From assembly GCF_018977255.1 (NCBI RefSeq), contig NW_024704753.1:7440001-7504000 (forward strand): a DNA stretch of 64,000 bases, written 5' to 3'. The stretch's first letter is position 1. Every line of letters starts with the position of its first letter. A model generated the notes under the pieces. That model made no database searches. It saw only the letters and a program-made list of their open reading frames with translations, and had not been told where the DNA came from. This DNA comes from Callorhinchus milii. Lineage: Eukaryota. Below are positions 1 through 12,262 of this stretch, piece after piece. The position numbers and the translations under genes are program-made.

Positions 1-951
1 ATGATCCGGACTTGGGTATAGCAAGTACCATTTCCAAGTTTGCGGACGACACAAAGTTAGGTAGGATAGTAAACAGTGAAAAGGATAGCAGCCAACTGCA
101 GGAAGACATAGACAGAATGGTAAAATGGGCAGACACATGAATTTCAATGTGGAGAAATGCAAAGTAATGCATTTTGGAAGAAAGAATGAGGGGAGGCAAT
201 ATAGGCTGGTAATACAATCTTAAGGGGGGTAAAAGAACAGACAGACCTGTGGGTTCAGGTAAATGAATTCTTGAAGATGGCAGGATAGGTAGATAAAGCT
301 GCAAAAAGGGCATATGGGATACTCGGCTTTATAAATAGGGGCATAGAGTACAAGAGTCAGGAGGTTATGATTAACCTATATAAAACACTGGTTAGGCCTC
401 AGTTAGAATACTGCGCCCAGTTCTCCACACCATAGGAAGGATTTTAAGGCATTGGAAAGGGTGCAGAGGAGATTTACAAGAATGGTACCAGGAATGAGGG
501 ACCTTGATTATGAGGAAAGGCTCGAGAGGATAGGATTATTCTCATTGGAGCAGAGACGGTTACGAGGAGACCTAATAGAGGTCTTCAAAATCATGAGGGG
601 ATTTGATAGGTTGGAAAGGGAAAAACTGTTTCCACTGGTGGGTGTGTCGGTTACTCGAGGTCACAGATTTAAAATAGTTTCTAAAAGAAGCAGAGGGGAG
701 GTGAGAAGAATTTTTTTCATGCAGTGAGTTGTTCGAATCTGGAACGCATTGCCTGAAAGGGTAGTCGAGGCCGATTCGATAACTACTTTTAAAAATGCGG
801 TGGATGGGTATTTGAGGAGGACGGGTTTGCATGGTTATGGGGAAAGGGCTGGGGAGTGGGATTGACGTTACATTGCTCTTTTCAAAGAACCGGCACAAAT
901 TCGATGGGCCGAATGGCCTCTTTTTGTGCTGTCCGATTCTATGATTCTATG
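1..951 (+). mobile_element. CR1 LINE 3' part (degraded ORF2 RT end and 3' UTR)
   Basis: SKFADDTKL motif near 33-59, ERVQRRFTRMVPG..LFSLEQRRLRGDLIEVFKI, tail attctatgattctatg. Confidence 0.92.
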
Positions 952-1850
952 AATGTGTCAAGAAATTTACTGATTCTTTGACCATGGATTTATGCATAAT
1001 TGAGATGGTAAACTAGATTTCATACATCTATTCATCTGATGTACATTGACCAGAGTGTCTGGTTTGTCAAGAGAGGAAACCATTTCATTTAAACTTATCA
1101 CACAAGATGCAACATGGGTCAATATGATTCTTGCCTTTATGTCCACATATCTGTAGATGAGTAGAATAAAATTTCCAAACTTTTTTGATGCATCGATGGA
1201 CCGTTCCACAGTAGCATAACATTCTACCATTATAAAGCACTTCTGGGAACAGTAGTTGCTGAAGTTGAGCAACAGACACTAAATCATTTGAATCCCCAAA
1301 CGAGCAATATATAGTCTTCACTGTATATTGTACGCAATTGGCTGCCGCGTTTCACCCACAAAACACACAGTCAATTCACTTTATAGTATATAACTGTGAA
1401 GCCCTTTTAGACATCTTGAAGGTGTGATAAGGTGTTATATCAAATGCAAAGATTATTATTCACAAGAATAGATTTACGCTGTTTATGAATTTGGTGTCAA
1501 TAACAGCATAACTTTGCCAAATCCAAAATTAATGCACCTGGTGTACCTCCAACCCTGCCCCCAGACATCAGAGTAATGTTAGATTGTCTCCACTGTAACA
1601 ACTTGAGCTGGCCCACATACTCATACACCCAGTGATATTATCACTAAATATAAGTATATTTATGCCTGGAAGTGGATAGAGCTGTGTCTATTGATTTTAC
1701 TGGGCATGTGGAGCAGGACTCTTGAGTTTTTAAAGGAAACTGCATCACTGCCCTCACAAGTTAGGATATCCCTCCAATTGGAGTCAGGAGGCATCTCTTA
1801 ATACTACCTTACGTGTACTGGGAAATTGATGCGTCAGAACTATCAAAAAA

Positions 1851-2256
1851 GTCAGCCTTGCTCAGTTGGTTGCATTCGTACCTTCTGAGTTAGAGATCTA
1901 TGGGTAGAAGCCTCATATCGAGACTTGAATTCACATTGTTTGATTCTACAACACATTGCTAGGAGTGAGCCATAACGTTCTAGGTGCCATCCTTCGATGA
2001 GACATTATACCTTGGTCCTATCTGTCTCTTCAAGTGGATGTTAAAGATCCCATGACACAACTTGAAACAAGTAGGGAATTTCTCTCAGTGTCCTGGCCAT
2101 CAATCACCCAAATGAAATTAGTCATTCACTACATGGCTGTTTGCAGGCAATACTGTGTGCAGATTTTCTGCTGCATTCACTACAAAATACACTGTCTCTA
2201 CACTTTACAGTAAATCCTCCTGATGTGAAAGACGCTGTATCAAAGGATTATTAGTA
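1851..2256 (+). mobile_element. Old Deu-domain SINE (SacSINE1/LmeSINE-like), near full length, diverged
   Basis: tRNA-like head ctcagttgg, core ...caagtggatgttaaagatcccatgacac...gtgtcctggcca..., L2-like tail gtgaaagacgctgtatcaaa. Confidence 0.6.
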
Positions 2257-2415
2257 TTAAGAGCTTTGTATCCTCAATCTAATCTTTGGGTTCAGACGAT
2301 GACAGAACATATGATCTTAAAACTTGCATGATTCACAAGGGTCATCTGTAGAGACTGCAAACCTGTATCTCAGTCTTCAGGATTCCTTGGTCCTATACCT
2401 TGGTCCTATTCCTAT

Positions 2416-2736
2416 GGAGTCCTGTAGCTCAGTGGTTAGAGCACTCACTTTGCAAGTGAGAGACCTGAGTTCAATTCCAGGCAGGGCAAAACCTTGGGCA
2501 AGTTTCCTTACTCCACACGCCAAATAATAATCCCTCCAAAACCCAAACAATAATAAATTGGTCATTTTTAATCTACGACTGTTTGTGGGACATTGCTGTG
2601 CGCAATTGGTTGCCGCGTTCGCCCACAAATATACAGTCAATTCACTTTACAGTGTGTTCTGTGAAGCGCTTTGGGATGTCCTCCCGACGTGAAAAGCGCT
2701 ATATCAAATGCAAGGATTATTATTATTATTATTATT
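2416..2736 (+). mobile_element. Young tRNA-Ala-headed SINE with L2-type tail
   Basis: A box TAGCTCAGTGG, B box GAGTTCAATTC, (ATT)n tail; near-identical copies elsewhere in window. Confidence 0.9.
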
Positions 2737-4542
2737 CCCTCCATAATCGGTCAAACCATTTTGTGCTTTGAGTTTTGTCTGTCATTTCCTGTTTATTAGC
2801 CCTGCTCATCCCCATAACATCTAAACACATTCGTCCTTGGTGTGTAATGGTGTGTGGAGATGGGTATTAATGTCTGTGACATCATTACTGAGAATTACCA
2901 GGTTTTGTTTTGCTGTCGAGCATCAGGAAGTACCATTTCAGTGTACACTGTACATTAGAACTATTTTCCCTGTTATTGAGTTATCACAACATTCAATTGC
3001 TAAGTGGGTGGATTACATTGCACTAACAGTATGAGCTTTCAACTGCATACTGAATAGCCCGTCAGAAATCTTCCAGAGGTTAATGTGATTGCTTTTTGTG
3101 TATGTGAGGCTCCAACTAACAATTTGTTAGGTGTAAAAAGCAGCGAGCCATTAATCTCTGCATCACATCTCTGAATAACAAAGATAAGCACTTTGGGAAA
3201 GTATCTGCAAGTGTCAGCACACTTAGAGGCTGGGTGACTCACTTACCCACATTAGCAGGACAGCCATATCATTAATTATGTCTCTTAGTTCTATACAATA
3301 CACTAAAAGAATAAAAACTGTCATCTGCATCCTGAGGTTGTGCTCTGAGCTACTACCCACTCTTCCTGTTATTTTATTCCTTTTACATTTTGGCAGGAGG
3401 TAACTGCTCAAAAATTACAATAACAAACCATGAAATGTTATGGCAATATATTGCCATTTTAGCTGCAATCTATTTGTCTTGTTTAGAAGAGCATTAATAA
3501 AGAGCATTAATAAAGTTTGAAAATTAGTTTTACCTGTAGTTGACTTAAGGTCTCCGCACAATAAAGATATTAAGCTGAAACATCCATGTTCAGTGATAGT
3601 GAATAGTTTGTTTACAATATCTGAATTGTCAGCATCCAAAAATTAGGTTTAATATATTAATAAATCTTGCATTGGTTTTATTGTTCAAACAGAGATGGGA
3701 ATTTTTCTTGGGGTCCTAACTAACAATCGGAAAAATAAAATTGGTCATTCGACTCTTGGCTGTTTGTGGGAAACTGCTGTGCGCAATTGGCTGTTATGTT
3801 CGCCTATCGTGCACTGAAGCATCGGTCTAGCCTGCAGTTCAAAGTCCCCTACGTGGGCTTGAACCTACAACCATCTGAACCAAGAGTGAGAGTGCTACCA
3901 ACTGAGCCAAAGATTCAGCTGAGTTGCTTGAGTATTGTAAATCAGAGTAGCCTAAATGAGAACTCATGCAGCTAATCTCTGAGCTCTTATCACATTCTTC
4001 AGAGGTTTAGGCTTTTCACACCCTCATTTACAAGGCTGCCTTCTGTTGCCTTAATGCGTGTTTCTTTCACTTTTCGTTCATTCTTTACTGGCGATTGTGT
4101 CAAAGAAGGATAGCCAGACAGCTCAAGGTTATATTTTTGTACTTAAGTCCAGATATGTCTTGCAGTTTATCCAGTTGTGCAATGTTCCAGGTGAGTTATG
4201 AAAATGAAGCTGAAAAGACAGCAGTCTCAATGCTGCAGGCACATTGAGACTAAACTGAAAGGCCTTGAATGAGAAATGGCGAGAGAATTCAACATGTACT
4301 TGGGCCAATACGTTTAACAGAAAAGGGAAGAGCTCACAAAAGGCTATCTGCTGCTTCACACTACAATAAGGAAAACACTTAAGACGCATTTTCTTTAAAC
4401 TATCAGACCTGTAACTTTTAAATACACAGATATAAAAAATGTAGAAGCATCAACAGCCTGTGCTAGGTGGCTGTAAAATTAGTTTTATTGAGAACATAAC
4501 CCGGATAGAAAGTGGTACAAAACTGAAAAATTGAAACCTGTG

Positions 4543-4556
4543 GTGCCACCTAGAGG
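4543..4556 (-). promoter_or_regulatory. Candidate CTCF site
   Basis: Reverse complement CCTCTAGGTGGCAC; motif only. Confidence 0.35.
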
Positions 4557-5319
4557 TGTGTTTTATAATAACAGATTCAGACAGTCAGTAACAACTTGCG
4601 TTTCTATAGCGCCCTGGCATCTCTGAGCACATAGGGTGGCATCGCTGAGCACTTAACAGTGATCATTGAAGATTATTTATTATTAATAGTAATAATCCTT
4701 ATATTTGATTCATTCTAGCAAAACACATTTCTGTATCAACTACCAAGCATTTGTTTAAAATATAACTTACCAGCTTAATTTGTGATACTCATTACCTGTT
4801 AGCACAAGATATATGAGCCAAGCAGGAGAGATGGCTTGTTTGTTGTAGCTGCTGAAAAACTCCTAAGTGCTCTGGAGATGCTTAAAATAGTTTAAAGTGA
4901 CAAGGAGTACAGGTACAACAAAAGCAACGACAACTTGCATTTATATAGGACCTTTCACACCGGGTAGCATCTAAGGCAGCTTTGCCTGAAAGGATGTAGT
5001 TTAATACCTGTCAAGTATTAAAGTGTCCAGTCTTATGAGCTCGGATAGAAGGGAAAATACAATTGAACATTAAACACCAACAAGACAGTTTGACTTTTTG
5101 AGCAGGAGAATCCTGTTGTCGAGCTCCCCCGACCCCCTTTAGCACATCCTTGCTTATAGTACAGGTCGCATGTGGACTTGCGCTAACCAAAAGTGAGAGA
5201 CTTGACCTGACTTGCCTCATTAAAAATGGTTGGCTTCTGGATTGGCTGGTCATCGCTATCATAACTATCTAGTGGAGGAACTACCTTGTGCAGGAATATA
5301 TAATCAATCAGAAATGCTC

Positions 5320-6115
5320 AATGCTGCCGTGTTTCACCCACAAAATATACAGTCAGTTCACTTTGCAGTATATTCTGTTAAGCGCTTTGAGATGTCTCGA
5401 AGACATGATAAGTCGCTATATCAAATACAAGGATTATTAGTAGTATTCCCTCCCTCAACCCCTTCGCCTTGCCCACTCTTTCCCCATCTTCAGGTCGAGC
5501 CTGAAGACCTTACTTTTCAACCGCGCCTACAGTCACCTTCCCCCTCCCCCTGGTTCGGCCTTGGGCTCCACCGTTGTTAAGTCCTCTGAGATGCCGCTCG
5601 GCGTGGAGGGCGCTATATAAGTACATGTTGTTATTATTATAATGCTTCCTGCATATAGCGCACATGCACAGCACATAGGAAGTAATGTTTGCGATGCTTC
5701 TTGTGCATTGGCAGGAAGTGGAATCAGTGGCAACCTTATGTCCCAGAGGATGGCCATCTTTAAGCATGCAATAAAAGGCCTCCTTCTGACTTCAGTTGCA
5801 TGGAAGCAGGAAGAACTGGATGTTTACTTCACCAAGAAAGTAGAACATAGAGCATTATCCATCTTAAAAGTTGTACATTTTTCATGCTCGAAACAACTAG
5901 CTTATTATAGATACAATACAAAATTACATTTGTATAGCGCCCTTCACATCGGGAGGACGTCCCAGGACAGTCAGGGATTTGGACCTGAGTCAGGGGGGGT
6001 GGGGGGTGGAGATTACGGTCAGGGAGGGTGGAGAGTAGCAGGGTGGCCAAAGGCACGGTCAAAGAGGAGGGTCTTGAGACGTGCCTTGAAGGAGGCAAGG
6101 GAGGGAGCGAGGTGA
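5320..6115. mobile_element. Cluster of short SINE and L2 3'-end fragments, both orientations
   Basis: SINE tail 5320-5445 (+), L2 3' end ~5450-5642 (+), L2 3' end ~5915-6115 (-), by similarity to longer copies in the window. Confidence 0.7.
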
Positions 6116-6564
6116 AGGAAATGTATATAGATAGTATAAAAAGTTATTATTTTTGTTGAGGTTTCTTACATTAAGGCTGAAGAATGCACTCACTAAGCAA
6201 CTTTGACAGTAAAACATAGGAAGGATGGAATATTTCCTAACAATCTGCTGTAGACAATTAACCTGCATTCATGTAATGTAATGCCATGCACTTTCATGTA
6301 CTACATTGTAGACACCTGTATTGTTATTCTGTTGAGATCCTGGCTCTTTGACCAGCTTCATTAAAGAAAAAGTAAATAACAAATGTTTTTAAAATACAAA
6401 ATCTAAATGCCACAGTGTCAATCAGAGGGTTGAATATATTAAAGCTGCATTGATTCAATTGCTGCCTTATAACTCACTGCCAGACATGATTATCATAAGT
6501 GTGTGTATGCGTCTTGTACAAATAACCAGTTTCAGAGCACCTTGCTGCTGATACCTTACATGAT

Positions 6565-6790
6565 ACACTCCACACAGAGCCTAATAATAATCCCTCCAAA
6601 ACTAAAAACAATAATAAATTGTTCATTTTCAATCTACGACTGTTTGTGGGACATTGCTGTGCGCAATTGGCTGCCGCGTTCGCCCACAAATATATACAGT
6701 CAATTCACTTTACAGTCTGTTCTGTGAAGCACTTTGAGACATCTCAAAGACATGAAGAGGTGCTATATCAAATGCAAGGATTATTATTCA
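6565..6790 (+). mobile_element. 5'-truncated copy of the young SINE
   Basis: ctccacacagagcctaataataatccctcc...atcaaatgcaaggattatt. Confidence 0.85.
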
Positions 6791-6919
6791 TTTCCTTTAC
6801 ATTTATATAGATTGTACAGCACGAAAAGAGGCCATTCGGACCAACTGATATGTGCGGTATCCCACACCCGCCCACACCCTCCCTCATGTCTATCTCTTAA
6901 CTTCCTCTTGAATGCATGT

Positions 6920-8755
6920 ACAACAACAACAAAAAAAAAATTACATTTATAGAGCGCCTTTCACGTTGGGAAGATGTCCCAAAGCGCTGAACAGTCAGGT
7001 GTCGGGGCCTGAGCATGGCGGAGGGGTCGTGTAGGGGTGAGGGAAGGCAGAGAGGTGGGAGGGAGACGAAAGTCACGATCGAAGAGAAGGGTCATGAGAC
7101 CGGCCTTGAAAGAGGCAAAGGAGGAAGCGAGGGGAAGGGACCATGGGATGGAGTTCCAGAGTGTGGGGGCAGAAAGGCTGAAAGCCCGGCCACCAATGTT
7201 AGGGCGGGTCGGGTGGAAGACATGGAGCAGGCCGGAGCCCGATGAACGGAGAGAGCAGGCAGGTTGGTAGAGGGTCAGCAGGTCAGAGAGGTAGGAGGGG
7301 GCAAGGCCATGGATGTCCTTAAAGGTGAGGACGAGGATCTTGAACTCGATCCTCTGGGGGATGGGGAGCCAGTGGAGTCGGGCGAGGGTGGGACTGATGG
7401 GAGCCTGATGCGCAAGAGTACACGAGCTGCAGAGTTTTGGATGATCTGCAGCTTGTGAAGGGAAGAGTTGGGAAGGCCGATGAGGAGGGAGTTTCCATAG
7501 TCGAGCCTTGAGGTGACGAATGCATGGGTGAGGGTTTCGGCAGCCTGAGGGGTGAGGCAGTGGCGGAGTCTGGAAATGTTGCGGAGTTGGTGGTAGGCAG
7601 TGCCGGTCATGGCGCGGATGTGGGGGAGAAAGGACAGTTCAGGGTCAAACAAGACACCCAGGCTCCTGATTGGCTTAGTGAGGTTGAGTGTGCAGCCATG
7701 GAGGCTGATGCTGCCAGCGCCTGAGGTGTGGAGGCGCTGGTGTGAGCCAATCAGGAGGGCCTCGGTCTTGCTGACGTTGAGTTGGAGAAAGTTGTCCCTC
7801 ATCCAGGACTTTATGTCGGACAGGCAGTCGGTAGTCCTGGAGTTGAGGGTGGAGGCAAAGAGATAGAGTTGGGTGTCATCCGCATACATGTGGAAATTTA
7901 CCCCATGTCTGTGGATGATGTCACCAAGGGGGAGTATGTAGAGGGTGAAGAAGCGGGGACCGAGGACAGAGCCCTGAGGAACACTGCACGAGACAGTGCG
8001 GGGGCTGGAGGAGAAACCGTTTTCTGCGATGAAGTGGAGGCGATGTGAAAGGTAGGACCTGAACCAGTCAAGGACAGCCTTGAAGGTTGAGGTGGGAGGA
8101 GATGTGGTGGAGGAGGATTGAGTGGTCCACGGTGTCAAAGGCGGCGGAGAGGTTGAGGAGGACGAGGAGGCAGAGGTGCCCTGCTCACATATGGTCAGGA
8201 TGTCGTTTGTGACCTTGACCAGGGCAGTTTCCATGCTGTGGGCAGCACGGAAACCCAATTGAAGGGGTTCATGGAGGGAGTGGAGTGCTTTGTGGAGTCC
8301 TGTAGCTCAGTGGTTAGAGCACTTGCTTTGCAAGCGAGAGGCCTGAGTTCAATTCCAGGCAGAGGGCGAAACCTTGGGCAAGTTTCCTTACTCCACACAG
8401 AGCCTAATAATAATCCCTCCAAAACCAAAAACAATAATAAAATTGGCATTTTCAATCTACGACTGTTTGTGGGACATTGCTGTGCGCAATTGGCTGCCGC
8501 GTTCACCCACAAATTTACAGTCAATTCACTTTACAGTGTGTTCTGTGAAGCGCTTTGGGACGTCCTTCCGACGTGAAAAGCGCTATATCAAATGCAAGGA
8601 TTATTATTATTATTATTATTATTATTAGTGGGAGGAGAGGAAAGAGCGAAGCTGGGAGGCAACGGCTTTCTCAAGGACCTTGGATAGGAAAGGGAGGTTT
8701 GAAATGGGCCGGTAGCTAGATAGCTGTGATGGGTCAAGGGAAGATTTCTTCAAGG
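6920..8755 (-). mobile_element. L2 LINE fragment (RT ORF, frameshifted) interrupted by a SINE
   Basis: [50 protein letters not shown]; (TTG)n tail at ~6920; L2 resumes after 8627. Confidence 0.92.
8294..8626 (+). mobile_element. Young tRNA-Ala-headed SINE nested in L2
   Basis: Full head, body and (ATT)n tail; L2 sequence on both sides. Confidence 0.92.
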
Positions 8756-10744
8756 TACACTGGTAAATGCATTGAAACTATCTGAACAGTTCTTCTAACA
8801 ACAAACAGAAAAAAACGGCTTAAAAATTGAGGCTGTATTTAAGAACCTGCCAAATTATGAGGACTCTGAAATTCTACTCAGAGTAAATCGGACCATGGTG
8901 GAATTTTTCCATATGGGTACTTTCGGATCTGATTTTTACTTGCTGCACCATCACAGAAAACTGTGTTAGTAATAATAATCCTTACCTTTGATACAGCGCC
9001 TTGCACATTGGGAGGACTTCTCAAAGCGCTTCACAGGAAATGCAACAAAATGTAGTTTTGTAGGGGAATGCGGGAGCCAAATTTGTACACAGCAATATCC
9101 AATCTACCATGATCAAATAGTGTCGTGTTTATGTGTATCTTACTCTTATACCTTTCATTTCAAATAAATATTTCTATTGAATGTATCATTTTACAATGAA
9201 ATAAATAATCATAATTTGGTCCTCAATCCTGTTGGTGACACACTGCTTTGAGCAAATGGCTGACGAGTTTCGCCCACAAAATATACAATTAATTCACTTT
9301 ACTGTGAAGCGCTTTGAGATATCTCGAAGACTTGATGAAGTGCTATATCATATGCAAGGATTATTATTATTATTTATTGTTCCCTTTTATGTACATCAAA
9401 GGAAGATAATATGTAATATTAGTTGATGAAAAAGGAAGATTCAGGTGCTGGGGAATCTTATGAAATTAAAATTACTGCTCATCAATGAGAGCGGAAGAAT
9501 GCTGATTTATAAGTGCTTTAAGAACTTTATAAATAGTAAATTTTGCCAACTGGTGACATGCATTAATATTTGAGATGAGTAGATCAGAATTAATAAGTAT
9601 CATGGCTCGCAGTAAGTTCCATGCGACAAAGCCATTGTTCTGCACCTTTTTAATTTATATTTGAATTATTCATAAATGAAATGAATAGGTTTGAAAATAG
9701 AGGTGCAAAGAATTTGCTCATTAATGATGGGTCTTCTACCATCTTCCTGAACAAATCAATCAATGTATTTTGTTGATTGCGAAATCGTGTAATGTTCACA
9801 TCGTTATGTGGAACAATGATTATTATTCATGAATGTAAAATAATTTCTCAAAAGCTCCTAAATTGTCCATAGCAATGAATAGATTTTATATTGCCCTTTG
9901 AATATGGATGATATCTGTATACAGAGCAAACACTGTAAACCAGGTCCAAAATCTCAGAAGCTACGTAATAATGAAGTGTGAAAAATTGGCCAACTTCCAG
10001 ATCATCAGGTTCCACTGAGGTCACTTTGTGCACGATGTGCGCTGTGTGCTGCTGACATCACTTCCTGTATGACTTAGACATGAAGCACTGATGATGTTGC
10101 TTTTCACAGGAAGTGATGTCAACAGTGATGGGTCGACCCCAAAGTCAGCCATTTTCAAAGTTGGAAGTTGTCTAATCAGCCTCGGAGTGAGTGAACCACA
10201 CTTCCCTTTATAGCATGAGGGCTTCAGTGGACAGGTATTCTGAGCAACCTGTGCATCGCTGGATTATGGTCTGACTGCATTCTTCAACTGAAAGTTTTGC
10301 TACTTCTCAACCAGAATCTTCTGCAATTCTAATAGCAGAGTCCACTCTGTCGGTAGCAAATGTTATGCTGTTGCAAGTGCCATATGTAATACAAAATAGT
10401 TACAAATTCAAATAATAATGGGGCCTAGAATCCATCAATCAAGCAAAGCTAATGACAGGAAAGCTTTGTAGGCAGGAATTGGCAATGAGTTTATGTTAAT
10501 GAATATCTAATGGGAGGTTTATTTCATTATTGCCATGTAGCTTTTAGCTGAGTAGCTGTCTCTCATTGTGGAAATGCATTTGCAATGAGTACGTCTCTAT
10601 CAAAGACCTAGAAGACATTCCGAGCTAAATTTAACAATTCTATACCATTTAAAATCCTATGCACATATGCCGTGTATTCTCTAAGAATACAAATCAGTTT
10701 CATTACCCCCCACCCCCAAACAGATTTGTGGCCTTGTGCCGAAT

Positions 10745-10758
10745 GTTGCTATGGCAAC
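10745..10758. promoter_or_regulatory. Candidate RFX X-box
   Basis: GTTGCTATGGCAAC matches the palindromic X-box consensus; motif only. Confidence 0.45.
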
Positions 10759-12262
10759 CAGTGACATAATTCCAGATTCCATTCAGCTTTAAATCGAGTG
10801 CTTGAGAGACTTAAATTCTACTGCCAGAAAATTTATATTTTGGCCCATCTTTTATTTCATCTTTTTGATGCACTGTTAAATATCTATCTATCCCCATACT
10901 TACAGGGCCTTATTTTTCGCTATAATTTTCATAGGTCTATGACCCTGGAATCCAAACATTTTACTCAGCTAAGAAATTACAATTGCCGCTGCATTTGGCT
11001 GGACAGGTTCAGCAATGACATATGGTCTGGTGGTCTTCAGCCAGCAAGGGATTTGTTGCCATGTCAATCAAAGTGACAGCAGCAAAACCAATCTTGCTCA
11101 GAGCAGACACTGTTTTCTGAGCAATTCTGCGCATCCTTTCTTTTTTTAAGGGCATTCTATCACACCTCACCATTTCTGTGTTTCGTAAAATTATTTTCCC
11201 TTGATTCTTTGACTTGCTGCATTGATTGTTTATTATATTCAACGTTACCACTAATGAAGGTGCAAACTGGAGCGCTTCCCTCTGCAGACCTGGGTGCAGA
11301 GAAGTGACAGATGGTGATATTATTCTAGCTGAGCACGTCTGATCTGGAATGCAGCAAGTGGCATCACATGACAGTGGGACTATTAACATGAAATCATTCT
11401 TCATAAATACATTTCTTCTGACTCTTTAACTGTTAGCTCGCTGGATACCATGAGTTGACGGTAATTGGTGCCTGATTTTCAATTTAGTTGTCAGGAATTG
11501 TTAATAACAATCCCTCCATGGTCTTGTCCCACCCTACCTTGAGACCTCCACCAACCCAGCTGCTCCCTCTGCTCAGTGGCACCGGCCCACTTCATGTGTC
11601 TGTCCTACCCATCCCACCATTAGTGATTTGGCTTGCAGGCATCTGCCCCCGCTCTCTTGATCTCAATCCGGTCCCTCACCTCTTTCAAGGTCCACCTCAA
11701 AACCTTCCTCTTTGATTGCGCCCTTGTCACCTTTCCCTCCCCCTCCCCTGCCGGCTATCACCCAATGCTTGGATGCAAGCCTGCCAACATTCAATGTATT
11801 ATTCACAGATGAATAATGCAAGGTCCAGAGCATGACTTCATATCCATTTGACAGTACCCAAGCAAAAGGAAAAAGGGGTCAATGCCTTCAGAGAGGAAGA
11901 AAGGGGAAAAATTGTCAAGCAAATAAAAATCATGATTTCTCTTATGCTGATTACACAGATCATAATTTTTAGTCATTAACGTATGATACACCCTATAGTT
12001 GAAGAGAAGGTAGTTGAACTTTGAATGTTTGATGACTTTGAGATGAATAAGAATTGTCGATAAACCAAATATTCCTAACTACAGAGGCACAGAAAAGCTT
12101 CCCAAATTGGTTTTCCGACTCTTAGATACTGCTGATAGTTTCTCTTTGTTCATGGATATTTCAATACATCACGGTGATAAGTGCACATTATTTAGTAGTG
12201 CTGCAAGTCTTAGAACATTAAAACAACCATCAGGAGGCATTTGTGTGTCATATGCTGATCAC

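Noticed and set aside
7275-8258. 327-aa reverse transcriptase-like ORF (and 21829-22530) as a retron or domesticated RT
   Set aside because: 5'-truncated, frameshifted L2 ORF2 fragments with a typical L2 3' end
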